A DNA stretch of 64,000 nt, from NCBI GenBank assembly GCA_026023565.1, contig JAPETS010000036.1:124001-188000 (forward strand), given 5' to 3'. Below are positions 24,752 to 37,104 of the stretch, one piece after another. The stretch's first letter is position 1. Each line of letters starts with the position of its first letter. A model generated the notes under the pieces. That model had not been told where the DNA came from and ran no database searches. It saw nothing but the letters and a program-made list of their open reading frames with translations. The position numbers and the translations under genes are program-made. The DNA is from Cirrosporium novae-zelandiae. Lineage: Eukaryota.

Positions 24752-27700
24752 CTATAGTTGTCGGTAGGGAGTAATGGCTTGGCCGAAAGTCTCCTCAAGA
24801 TCGCATAATATCCTTTTCGCTTTTTCAACCTCGACTAGTTCCTGGCGGTAGTGGATGCTATCTAGATGCCCCCCAAGGTCTGACTCTGTTGCGAAGTAAA
24901 CATGTTCGCTGCCATTGCAGTTCCTCCACAAGCAAAAGAAGGTTGAGGTTCCATGCACTGTTATGGAACGAGAATGGGCGCCGGAGACATGGTTGCTTAA
25001 CATTCCAAATGTTCTGAAATTTTCTACGCAGTCAGACCATCTGCATTGATAAAGTCCTGAAGATTCGGTGTCTTCAGCCACGGATTCATTCGATGATAGA
25101 GTCCGTCCTAGGCCTGGTTTCGCAACAGCAGAGGAATCTGGGGAAGAGGTTCTATTTGGTGATTTGCGGCTTGCCGTATCTGGGATAAACTGAAGCGTTG
25201 TGGAGGATGTTGGGATCGAGCTGCTAGTTGATGGGGTTTTTAGTAGCCGTGCACTGAATTTTTCATCCGATGAAGGTTTGCACAATCTAGGACCCTCAAG
25301 GCCTGGGTTGATTCTGAGTGCTGCTGGGTGTGGATTATACAGTTGTACATCATTTCGTGCATGCGAATAGTCGTTCTTTAACGGATAGATCCTTGTGGGT
25401 TTTGCGATTGGCGTATTTAAAGATTTGAGTTGAAAAGCATTTATTTGGTCTCCACCACTAGCCACCTTCTCAGAGTGATAGGCGCTAGTGTGATGTCGAG
25501 ACGGTGATGGTTCCGGTTCACTATCATATTCCTGCATCGTTTCTTGAGTATCTGACATGTCTTCATCTCTTTGGTGCTTTTTGCTAGCAATCGTAGGGCT
25601 ATTCACTTGAAATAGTCTCATCTGCTCGTCGTGGCTAAAGCTGGTGCTTGAACATAGATGACTGAACAATGCTTTAATGCTGGTAGTATTATCATCCCAG
25701 TTCTCGGGATTTACAGAGCAGGGAAAGATGTCACAAGGACGAAATACTGAGAGAAAATGGCATAGTTCATCATATGACGAATGCCGTGAGTAAGGCAAAG
25801 TCTATGAATGCGTGAGTTATGAGACCAAGAGATTGAGAGAAAGCCTCCTACAATTCTATCTGGTAAAGTAGCTTGTGGGTTTCCTATGCTTTCCTGGGAT
25901 TTTCTCACATGCATTTCAGTCTCTTTCAGTGCTTTTGATAGCAGTATATTGACCAGTTCTTTTGGAGGAACGTCGCCAAAATCGCCAGCCAGCGAAATGT
26001 CAACAAGCAGGGCTTTTGAATCGGAATTTTTAGCTGTTCGAATCATGTCAAATATGGTCTCCTCGACACTATTGTCCATCAACTCCTTGTGTAGTAGGGC
26101 CCTAAGGCTATAGACTGCGGTCTCATCATGCAGTTCAAGTTCGTGGACCTGTCGAAAATCTCCCAAACCACCCCCAGCGCCAACCTCTAGCAATTCTTGA
26201 CCATCTTCCGTCCTCGAGACGACTGGGATAATCCAGACTACATTTTCAATATTTAATTTGCTACAATTGGTGGCCAATTCACAAGTATGAAACCACACAT
26301 CCGGATTAGACGTGAGACATCCTTCTTGCTTGGTGTTACCACACGGATAACCTCCAAGTGCTAGCCCTTCTTTAGTTAATAAATACTTCTCTGATGTCGA
26401 GCCTAGCAAATCGCACAAAGTCTTTTTATAATCGTCCACATGTACCTTTTTCGAATTAGCAACTTCTTATCTAGTTTTTTTTTTTCGTTGTCTAGCACTT
26501 TAATCATGTTTAGATGAGCCAAACCACTTTGTCAAACCAACCACTTTCGCAATTCACATCCAGGAACTCTCAAGCGAAATAAGATGCAGAAAGCTAAAGT
26601 TTCGTTCTACATCACTTGATATTTCACATGTGTGATTCTAAAAATTCTGATTGTAAATTGCAAAAATGATTAGACTAACAAAGTGGTTTGTTTCATTTCA
26701 GCGCAACTAAACAACAAAAGTATGATCGGCGGTTTCACAATACCTTTGAACCGAATGTTGATGATAGAGTGACCCAGACTTTTTCATATCCCAAAGTCCA
26801 AGAATTCATATGAAATACGGTCTTGGCAGGGTATCTCGATATCTTTTGGATGAGTTCACTTAAACCTTCTGCTTTTGTGGGAAATTTCTTGTATATAGAT
26901 CTTTTAGCGACAGCGAAAGCAGTATCGAGATAAACCTTATTAAGCCGTTCATGCTTCATGGCATAGACAAGCAATACCGGATTTCTGCTCAGGGAATTTA
27001 CCCGCCATGGCTTGGCTGGACAGGTATGAGCAGTTATTGAGCCACAGCTGACAATAAATACCTCGTATATCTCCAGTGTAGAGGATTGCTTTGCCATCCC
27101 CCTCGACAAGGAATATAACAGCACCGGGACAATGATTGGCCTGGGAATTCTAAGTTATGACCTTAGGCTCCGAGAGCCAAATAAAAGATACTGACATCAA
27201 ATAACGTCACTCGGAGCTTTTCATGAGGGCTAAGCTCAATCTCCGTGGGAGTTTCTAGCGGAAGAGGCTTCTGGAGAATACCATCAGCCTCGATCTACAC
27301 TCAAGAGACTGGGAGCTCACGAGTAACTTCTTGAGGTGACTATAGTGTTGTTTCCTTGTCTCAAGAATACCACGAGCAAAGTTCATCCGATAGGGAAACT
27401 TTTCCAGACGAAGGAGCAACTTCACATGAATTAGTCAAAGAAGATTTCGGAGACAAGTTGTCACTTGCCTCCCTTGTTGCAGATGAGCAATAGATGAAAG
27501 AGGATTTGAAGGACTCGAGGCCTCGTAGATGATCGGAGTGCACGTGGCTTAGAAAGTAGGCCAGAGGAACAGGACGGGCATGATCTTTCCGAAAAGAATC
27601 AACTGCAAGGGATGTTAGTTTTCGGGGAAGTGGATTAATGTGGCGATGACATGCATACTCCGAATTCGTGGGAATTCTGGAGGGTCAAGTTAGACAATAG

Positions 27701-27758
27701 TTGTGACGAATGGGGTAATCTTCAGCTTGCCAGAAACGAAACCATCAAAAGTGGACAT
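24752..27758 (-). CDS. Artemis/SNM1-like metallo-beta-lactamase/beta-CASP DNA-repair nuclease with C-terminal C2H2-like zinc fingers
   Basis: Spliced: MSTFDGFVS|EFPRIR|IDSFR...FLSHVHSDHLRGL (HxHxDH), D|ANHCPGAVIF, ILYTGDIR, VYLDT, WTLGYEKVW, PYSRHSSYDEL. About 7 introns, two with GC donors. Confidence 0.9.
26514..26696 (-). ncRNA. Candidate structured intronic hairpin (fold-back) within intron 26446-26743
   Basis: 45-nt arms 26514-26558 and 26652-26696 are reverse-complementary: 35 Watson-Crick pairs, plus 7 G-U pairs on the minus strand. Inner arms also pair. Confidence 0.55.
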
Positions 27759-29859
27759 TTTGGCGTCCCAAGAAGGTAAACTAAGTTGGTTGTGGATGCA
27801 TGATTGACACACACGGAAATGATTTCTCGTGTGACTTGAACTATTCTTGGGGGTTGTTGGTGGTGGTTTAGAAACATCAGGTGCCACCAAAGTTAAGCAG
27901 AAGAAGAGAGGTATTGGAGGTGTGAAGCCAAAGCGAGGTCAGGGAATTAGATAACTATTATTATTATTATTATTAAATAGAAAGGGAAGAAGTTGAAGAA
28001 AGGAATGGATGGATGAATGGAAGAAACAGGGTTGTGAGTAGACTAGTCAGCAGAAACATTTATTTCTCTGATGACCTAGGTATTATTGTTTTTTTTGTTT
28101 TTTTTTGTTTTTTTTGTTTTTTCTGTTTTCTTTTGTTTCTCAAAGGTGGATGTTAAGAGGTAGGGACCTAGGTACCTGGGTACCTGGGTACAGACATAGC
28201 CTGTAAAATACAATGATTTGTGGTGTCTGTTGCCCGGTGTGCCCAGACACACCAGACTTTAGGGGATAGTCTCGGGCCTTTAACGGGCGGTGGGTGGTAG
28301 GCGGTTGACCCCAAAAACTTGAGTTGAGTTCAGGAACCAGAGACCTTGGTGGGATAGTTACGATGATGACGGTACTTGGTACCAAAATGCCAGATGGCCA
28401 TGATATAGATATGTACTTCGGTAAATAGATAGTCTTATTAGCTACATAATCATCAGTACATATCAGTATGTCATCTCAGGTCATGAATAGGGCATCCACG
28501 CCTTTTCTCCAAAATACAGGATCCCCAAGGGCCCAACAAACTTGAACCTTTACTTGAATAGGCTCAGTACGCTGGACGTACATTAGAGAAGCAAAGTGGG
28601 AATGAAATTAAATTTTACTGGCACGACTGGACAATTGTTCCAGTCATCCACAGCATTCAGACACACAGTGAGGCGCCAGAGTGCAGTTCCATACAGTCCG
28701 GTCGCTTTTTTAACTATGAGTTGTCTTGCCCACTGCCACCAGCTTTAAATATCTGATGCATTCCTGTTCGTTTTTCTTGCTAATGCCCAATTTCTCTCCA
28801 TATCTATCTCGAACTAAATCAGAAAATACTTCAATTCATCTTTGCTGATTCCCTCACCCTCGGGCGATATTATTATTATTATCATCGTCATCATTGTTGC
28901 CAGTGAACAATTATCATCCATGACCACTTGAGCACGACGACGACGACAACGACAACGACAACGATAACAACATCAACATCAATATCAACAGCAACAGCAA
29001 CAGCAACAGCAACAATAAAGATAGTCTTCACAGAACTATCTCTTTCAGGCACTCCAGGCTATCCCATCGACTATATGTTTAAGTTGATCGGCTAATCGCC
29101 AATCCATAACCTGGACCCTTCATCTCTCATCCTTCCCTCCATCCCTCCCCCCCCTCTCCGAACTTCAACCAACCAGACCAACCAGACCAACCAGAGGGAA
29201 AATTGACTTGACCAACAACAAAAAACTCCGGAGTGTCTTCGGGTCTAAATTAGTAAAAAGGTTTCAAGATTCAAAACAGAGGTACAAAACACAAAAAACG
29301 AAAAACGAAAAACAAAAAAAACAAAAACAAAAAAAAAAACAGTCAAAAATCTCGGGTAATCCGATCTTGTTCCTGAACTAAAACTTTGGGTCATCCTTTT
29401 TCATCCCATCCCGTACCATCTCTTCTTCGGACAAGAAAAATCTTGAGATTTCCTCTGTTGAATCATAGTCGCAGTCACCTGTCCCACCACACACTTGCAC
29501 ACTTGCACACTTGCACACTTTTCCTCCTTCCTTGCCAGTTCTACATCGCTTCCACCATTCACAATCCAAAGGTCCTCCTGACCTGCTCATTCGAAAATAA
29601 AAGATATCCATTTACTCTAACTCGTCCCGTGTCCCCCTGCTTACACCTTCACCATCTTCACTTCACCTCACCACATTTATTTTATCCTCCCCCCCCCCCA
29701 TCTTCCTCCAACCCATAGGATTACTTTTCCTGGATAACAATTACTTTGGAATTATATACCAGAACAATTTCTTTGTTGCTCCAAGCGAATTTCCCCGTCA
29801 AGGGAACCTCAATTTCCGAGACGAATCAAAACATCGACTACGGTTCGCTTCCGCCCGCC

Positions 29860-30825
29860 ATGATCAAGCCTCAACTATGTCAGGTTGTTTACAGCCATCT
29901 ATATCCAAATCCTCGACCAAACGATCCTACTTCATTTCCCGCTCATGTATCTCGAAATATTGTCCCGGAAGTTCGCTTTGAGACCACTGGTTTCTACGGC
30001 AGTCTGGATTGTATCGAAGCTCAATATCCAGGTCTAGACTATGCCTATGGCCCTCATCGAATGCGCCTGAGTCGTTTCAGATACCACAGACAGCTATTTA
30101 GAGTTTTCGATGAGCTACGTCTGACATCTCTAGAGATCCAAGGGTTATGCAGGTGGGAAGGAACAAAATGGGCAAAGGAACGATATGAAAAGGACGAGAA
30201 TATTCGAATCAGAGATACAACCGGCGATGAGGTGACGGAAATAGCTGCTCCTATTCAACCTACAGCACACCTGAGTCTCCGACCTGATCATCTATCAGAA
30301 CTATCGGAGGGGGAAGACGATGAAGAATACATAGACGAGGTTATATCAGAAATGGAGGAAATCGAGGGATCGCCGCGACTACACCACCGAGGCGTTAGTA
30401 TAGACAACCGCAGCCGAAACCGAAGCATCCACGACCGCGATGACAGCGCCAATAGCTCAGAAGAACATTACATCCCAGGTTACGTTGAAAGCGACGACGA
30501 CGAATTCCAAAGCGTTGGCAACGACCTCACCCGACAACTCCTCGAACGCACAGCGGCAAGACAGCAAGGGCATGACATACCCCTAGACGAGCAATGGGAA
30601 CAGTGGCTTAAGGATATGGCGGAACGGGGTACCCTATCTGACATCCCTAGCGACTGGCGCCCGGGACTCCCGTTCCCTACAGTCTCCTCCACAACCGCAA
30701 TTGCAGCTGCACCTGCGCGTGTCGGATCAAGGGCACCCCCGCCTCGACTCAATTCCTCTGGGCCCGTCATTGTGGATGGTTCTGCGAGACGGCCGAGACC
30801 GCGGCCCACCGGGACAGCCATGTAA
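29860..30825 (+). CDS. Hypothetical protein: globular-looking N-terminal domain, acidic linker and EQWEQWLK motif
   Basis: 321-codon ORF with good start context (gccATG). The N-terminal part (IEAQYPGLDY...HRMRLSRF...CRWEGTKWAKERYE) looks like a conserved Pezizomycotina hypothetical family; function unknown. Confidence 0.8.
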   Translation: MIKPQLCQVVYSHLYPNPRPNDPTSFPAHVSRNIVPEVRFETTGFYGSLDCIEAQYPGLDYAYGPHRMRLSRFRYHRQLFRVFDELRLTSLEIQGLCRWEGTKWAKERYEKDENIRIRDTTGDEVTEIAAPIQPTAHLSLRPDHLSELSEGEDDEEYIDEVISEMEEIEGSPRLHHRGVSIDNRSRNRSIHDRDDSANSSEEHYIPGYVESDDDEFQSVGNDLTRQLLERTAARQQGHDIPLDEQWEQWLKDMAERGTLSDIPSDWRPGLPFPTVSSTTAIAAAPARVGSRAPPPRLNSSGPVIVDGSARRPRPRPTGTAM

Positions 30826-31605
30826 TAGATGAAGCTTTCGGTTCCCCCCTTGCTTTCGGCTGGTCCGAGATTGATTGGTACGACTACCGGAACGGTTACA
30901 CATATCACATATCACATATTTCCTTTTTTTTCTTTTCCTGTTATCAACAGAATATGCATGCATGAAAGGTGCGCAACACCCGGTAGGGAGTGTTGGGGGC
31001 AGAAGGGATCCAAACCAAAGGGAACAGGCGTTTCAAACAGGGAATATATCATTTCATCATCACGAAAGATGGAGAATTATGGATGGCTGGATTTCAGGGT
31101 CTCGGGAGCGGGGGAAAGGGGGTAGGCCGGACGGATCTCTCTTTTTTTCTATTTCTTTCTCATACTAGCGGCTGTGTCCTTTTGCTATTCCATGCATGAT
31201 ATAAGGCGTTTTTTTTTCTTCCTTCTAAAGGAATTTGCCTTTTTTTTTCAATACCCCAAACCCTGCCCGTCTGTGGCGAACGTCTTGCGGTTTTGTCATT
31301 AGCCTCACATTTTATTTTAAAACAAAGGCTGCCATGTTGTTGTTGTTGTTGCTGTGTGTTTTGCTGTGTATATTTTTTTTCTTCTTCACCCCCCCATTTG
31401 GAGAGAGTCCGAGAGACTTTATTGCTCGTTATATGACGAGCAAAAGATACATACATACATACGCACACGCACGCACACACACACACATGCGAAAGCATCC
31501 ATGCATGCATTCGAGATGTCCTCTTTTTTTTTCTTGTCGAAGGGAAAGCTAAAGCCAAAGCAAAGCAAAGCGCGCATTATTGAAGAATAGAAGATTCAAA
31601 TCAAG

Positions 31606-31684
31606 ACCAAATCAAATCAAATCAAATCAATCCAAATCCAAATCCAAATCCAAATCCAAATCCAAATCCAAATCCAAATTCAAA
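31606..31684. repeat. Microsatellite (TCAAA)n/(TCCAAA)n
   Basis: Directly visible. Confidence 0.9.
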
Positions 31685-32098
31685 TAAACGAAATAAAAAA
31701 GACTGAAAATCTCAATAGTACCATTCATTCATTCATTCATTCATCCATGGCCGTAGCAGCCAGCAGCAATCAGTAATTTTGATTAGGTATGTATAATAAA
31801 TAGGTAGATTGTTTTTTTTTTGAGTGGAGATTTTTTGTGTTGGTTAGTTAGGTACATACATACTAGTAGTATATGAATGAATGAGTATACAAAAGGTTTG
31901 CAAAAAATCTAGGCTTGGGAGGTATCGAGAGTTTTGTAAGCCAAACAAGCAAGCAAAGACGTGACATGAATGACGTACGCATGTTCGCGCGCACACATAA
32001 GATAGCCAGCAATCAGCTCCCCCCCCCGAAAAAAAGAGGTAGATGCTGCTCTGCTCAGTTCTCCCGGAGAGGTAAAGGTGGTCTGGTCCAGTAGTCCC

Positions 32099-33301
32099 TC
32101 ACACCCCCACACCCCTACCAGCCGTATTCCTGTCCACAATCCTCCTCGCAAACTCCCCAAAGCTAACCCCCCCCTCCTCGACCTCGACCTCCAAATTCGG
32201 CTGCGTAAAAACCACCAACGTATTCCTCGCGATCCCCTCCCCTTCCTCTCCATCAGCTCCACGCACGAAATGCGGTACCGCCTTGAACCTCCCCTTCGTC
32301 ATAGATTCTAGCGCCTCGCCTGTTTGAAATGCGAGACAGTCTTTTGGGATGTCTATTTTTGTGATGGAGCCGGAGCGGGAGCGGATGTAGAGGCCTGCGT
32401 TCGGTGAGGGGTTGGTATTGAGCTCCGGGAGAGGGGTTAAGGGTTGGTTTGGTTCGAGGGCTGGGATTAGGGTGGTGGATTCGTCGATGAGCATGGCGCT
32501 TGTGAGGGCGGTTAGGCAGCCGTGGTCGACATGGGTGGCGCACCAGCCGTCCTGAGATTTCTGGATGGAGGTTTGCGCGGGTGTTGGGGAGTTGGATTTC
32601 ACGTGCGCTGGGGGGAAATAGTGGAGTAAGCGGGCTTTGGTGGTTGTGCTGGTGCGGACGACGTTTTCAAGGAGATTTTTGGGGGTGTAGGAGGGGATTT
32701 TTTGGGTGGCGTATTGATCGCATGCGCGTGCGACTAGGGCGGCCGTGGAGATCATTAGGTTGCAGAGTTCCGTGGTTGCGGTTTGGAAGTCTCGGAGTGG
32801 GGGCCAGATGTTTGGCGTGGTGTATTCGACGAAGGGGGGTGGGGCGCATTGGAGGGTCGGGTCTGTGTGGAAGGCGCAGTTGATGTAGTAGGAGCCCTTG
32901 AGGATGTCGACTACGCCTGGCCGAAGGGTCTCGACGCCGTGGGACCAGCCCACCAGGTATTTGGCGTCGGGACGGGTGAGGGCGTCGAGTTTGGATTGAG
33001 GGAGGTGCGCTAGATATGAGGCCGAGGAGAGGACGCGGGAGCGGAGGGAAGGGAAGCTCGAGGGGAGGGACCGCACGACGAGGATGCCCAGCGAGGAGGG
33101 GCCGAAGGCTTCTTCGAGAGTGGAGAATGGCACCGTGCCTATTTTGCAAAGTTGAGAAGGAATGTCCTTTTTTGAAAAATTTGTTTTGTTTTGTTTTTTT
33201 TTGTTAGGGATGTTTTGTGTGGTGGTGGTTAGTTATGTACCGTTTTGTAAATCTTTAAGACTGACTGTGACGGCCTGAGCTTTCTTTGGGAGTGGAGACA
33301 T
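32099..33301 (-). CDS. 2-oxoglutarate/Fe(II) oxygenase, isopenicillin N synthase/clavaminate synthase-like superfamily
   Basis: VTVSLKDLQN|G..FSTLEEAFGPSSLGILVV, KARLLHYFP, HxD motif (WCATHVDHGCLT), FQTGEAL, distal His in AVPHFV. Intron ~33140-33240. Confidence 0.88.
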
Positions 33302-34308
33302 CGCATTGATGGTTGGAGTGGAGTGGAATGTAGCTATTCTAGATGTGCATGATGATGTGCGATATTTGAAACTGGATCTTGTCGCTATTGCGACACGAGA
33401 GGGGATTTTCCACGTCAACATTGCTGGTGTCACATCTGAATGTGTATTGGTTTATTGGTAATTAGTGGTGGAGATGTGCATCTGAGAAGAGAGGGACGAG
33501 TTGACCCCTCGAGCTAGTTATTATTTGACCTAAAATTTTGCTTATCAGTTCAGTATCAGTCAGTTATCAGTCGATGAGTGAAGAATCAGTTGATAATTAT
33601 TTTATCGTCTATTTAGTCTAGTGCCTGAGGTTTTTTAGCGGTGACAATCGATGACAATACCGTATATTCAGTACGGTCACAACGGTATGCATTGCTGAAA
33701 CAGCAATACTCTTCTGTAATTGGACCATATCAAAAATACCAAGGTATTCTATTTTACCATATATGGGTAATGGCCAAAGCGGTCTGAATAACCAGAATCA
33801 TGAGCATAACAAGCTTTTTAGTCTGAGATTCCGTCCGAGCTTACAGCCAATACGTATTCAATACATCGGGATAGTGTGATAACTTACGCAGAGGCTCTTT
33901 TATAATTCGTTCGGATCTGATGGCACCGACGGTTATGTACTACATTCAGCACGAGGCTGGGGATAATCCGATATTCCCCCCCCCCCCCATCAAGCCAAAA
34001 TGACTACTTGGATTCAACTACTTTACCAGCCTTGTCTATTTACCAGCTCAAATGAATGAAAGCCCTCTCTCTCTTAACAAGTTCAAATATTCATCGTTCC
34101 TCTATTTGATTTCCTCTACTTAACTATCTAACCTATCCAAAAAGCTTTTGATATTTAATTCTTTCCCCGTTTTCAACGTCGTTCAACACTTCCATCTCTT
34201 CCAAGTCTACTCCGCACTTAATTTCCAAATACGATTATCAATGCCGAGACGCTTATTACGATTGTGAATCTGGAGATTCTCTTGGCATTTACTAGGTAGT
34301 AACTCGTG

Positions 34309-36464
34309 ATGAGTGAGTTTTCCCCCTCTACTATTCTCTTGTAATTGCTACCTTGATGTCTATTAAATATTATTGTCTTGAGGATATCTTGGGGGTGACG
34401 TTGTCGCTAATAGACATATAGCCGCGTCGTCGATTAGTACTTTTACTCTCGACTTTTCAGATCCCCAATGGACCGGCTCCTTCCTACATCAAACTAGAGT
34501 CAATGTCTGTAGCCTATGTAACATCGTGATCATAAAGGATTTGTTCTAAATAACTACAGGAATCGATATCCTTCCATCTCGATATTGACGAAAATCTCCG
34601 CACTCTATCCCGTAATGGTGACTCGAGTGACCTCGCTGGCTTTCTCTATGTCCCAGATATACCCGACACTGATTCATGCTATAACATCTCAAAACCTTAT
34701 GTCTTCAACGCTACTCATCGATCCGACTTGCCTTCCTTTAACCATTCCCTCATCGCTTTTGCTCCTTGGATCTCTTCCGAATGTACCCATGCCTTCCTCG
34801 ATGCCGCGAGAACCACCCGTCCAGGATTCATTTCGGCCTTTATAACATATCTCCCAGATAATGGAAGCTCTCAGCCGCCTACAGCCAACGATGAAGTGTG
34901 GAATCTGCACGATGGAGGGCGCTGGAAGTCACAGAATGATTATCCCGTGTATGCGATTCCCAGCGATGAGGGAGAATCAATGATGTCGGCACTAGGCGAT
35001 TACTCGGGGAACATGACTAGTGTGCCAAACGGCCATGAATTGACAGAAGTATACGATTCAAGAGATTATGTGAGATTATATACGCAAATTACAGTTGGTA
35101 AGTGGAGTGTGGTCTCATCCGCAGGTATGTGCGAATGCATATCCATTGTCTTCAATGCGCTGCCAGAAGTTGCTTTTTCCACATTTGATGGGCATGTTCA
35201 TTGTGAACTCATTGAGTGTTTCATCGAGCTTCCTTCAACCTTACCATTGAGCCCTGCGTGTTCTCCCAGTTTCCTTGTATCCGTTATTGACAATTCTCAG
35301 CAGGCAAACATGGCCTTCCAAGCCTGTGGGTCTTCCTCATCATCATCCTTCTTATTCTCCTTTTTATCATCGCTCTTACGTCCTTGATCCTCCGATGGAT
35401 TCAACAACGACATCGACGGGATCTACGGCGCCGCGTTGCAAATGGCGAGGTCGACTTGGAGGCCCTAGGCATCAAACGATTGACTGTCCCCAAAAATATT
35501 CTCGATGAAATGCCTCTTTACGCCTATGTCCCTGATAAGGAACTTGTGGACGGGGAAAGCTCTCCTCCAGCTTACCCTACGCAAACGCGGCCTGCATCAC
35601 TTTCTGCTGGTCTTGGTGCAGCAGCTAGAACAACAGATGACAGTGACACCATCAACACCACTCTATCTCAACCTATTACCCCTATCGTCACACCAACAAC
35701 TGCAGCCTCGCTTACACGTAAAGCGTTCACACAGCCTACATGTCCTATCTGCCTTGATGATTTTCAAACCGCTCCCGAGGCTGGCCCTGTCTTTCAGCCC
35801 TCCATTGTTCGTTCCCTTCCCTGTTCCCATATCTTTCATCCCTCCTGCATCGACACGTTCCTCCTCGGGACTACGTCATTATGTCCTCTCTGCAAGAAAA
35901 GCTGTTTACCGCGAGGCTATATACCGAAGCTTAGTTACAGTAATGCAATGGTACGACGGGAAAGATTGGTTCGAAGAATGCGGGAACGGGTTGTTGTTCA
36001 GGATGATGCGCATGATAGAGACGAGGTAAACTATGGTGGTATGAGAAGAATGGCAAGTTGGCACCGACAATTTGGAAGAGGTCATGGCCAGAGACGGTAT
36101 ATCCAGAGACGGGTTGTCAGTGCCCCTCCTACCGTTGAAATGATTCCTGCACCTTTACCAAATTCTGGTCCACCTACGCTTGCTGTTCCACCCCACAGCC
36201 ATCAACCTAATGGATTGTCGCCACAGCCTCACCAGCCAATTTCTCTGTTCCGTCACTTCCAGCCTCACGAATTTCACTCATCACGTGGTCAAGACCAACA
36301 TGAGGGTAGTCCGGAGACGGAACAGGGGCAACATCCTCTATCTCGGTGTATGTGTTCATACTCAATATCATGGAGAATCATAGCTAATAATTCTTTTCTA
36401 TCTAGGGCAAAAAGTCTGGACAAAGATACCTTCATTACCAACCATGCGATCACGGCGTAACTGA
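34309..36464 (+). CDS. Membrane-anchored RING-H2 E3 ubiquitin ligase (luminal domain, one TM helix, RING)
   Basis: GFLYVPD...IAFAPWIS...YPVYAIP, TM segment LPSLWVFLIIILLILLFIIALTSLIL, EVDLEALGIKRL, and RING-H2 CPICLDDF...LPCSHIFHPSCID...CPLCK. Four introns; start inferred from ATGA|gtgagt. Confidence 0.85.
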
Positions 36465-37104
36465 CTTTACGAGACTTCATGTTCGATCGATGTCACTGAT
36501 TTAAGCGGGGTGGAGTAGAAACATTGCTATGGCGTTTTGGACGTTGATATATCCTCTTGATGTGCGTTTATATTCTGGCTACATGGGTCGATGTTGATGT
36601 ATATGAATGAATGATGTGCTCCTGTAGGTGTTTAATGTCGTTGGCAACTGGATTTGACGGTAGGGATTCCTGGCGTTCTCTATTCAATGGCATGTATGAC
36701 CTACGTGGAGCCAATAAATATTTCTCTATAATGAAAATATACCTCATATCTTAAGATCATATCTAGAATCGTCAATTCCCGTGGGATAGCTTATATATCC
36801 GAATAGAAACTTTCTTTTTTCGCTCCCTCACAATACGTAACTAGATACAGATAAGTGATGTGGTCTGGATGGATTGAAATCAGTTGCGGCGTTCAACGGT
36901 TACAATTATAGGATAGATATAAATTATAATGATTGCAACCTCACGCCCTAGCTGTCAATCGAGTGAGTCATTTTATCATGACATTACAATATAACTAGAA
37001 CCACTCCGACAAGATTCTCTCCCCATTATTTTATACCCCAGCACGCCTAAGGCCTCAACCCCGCTCCCCCGCCACCACTTACCCAGCCAGCTAGCAAGCC
37101 CAAA

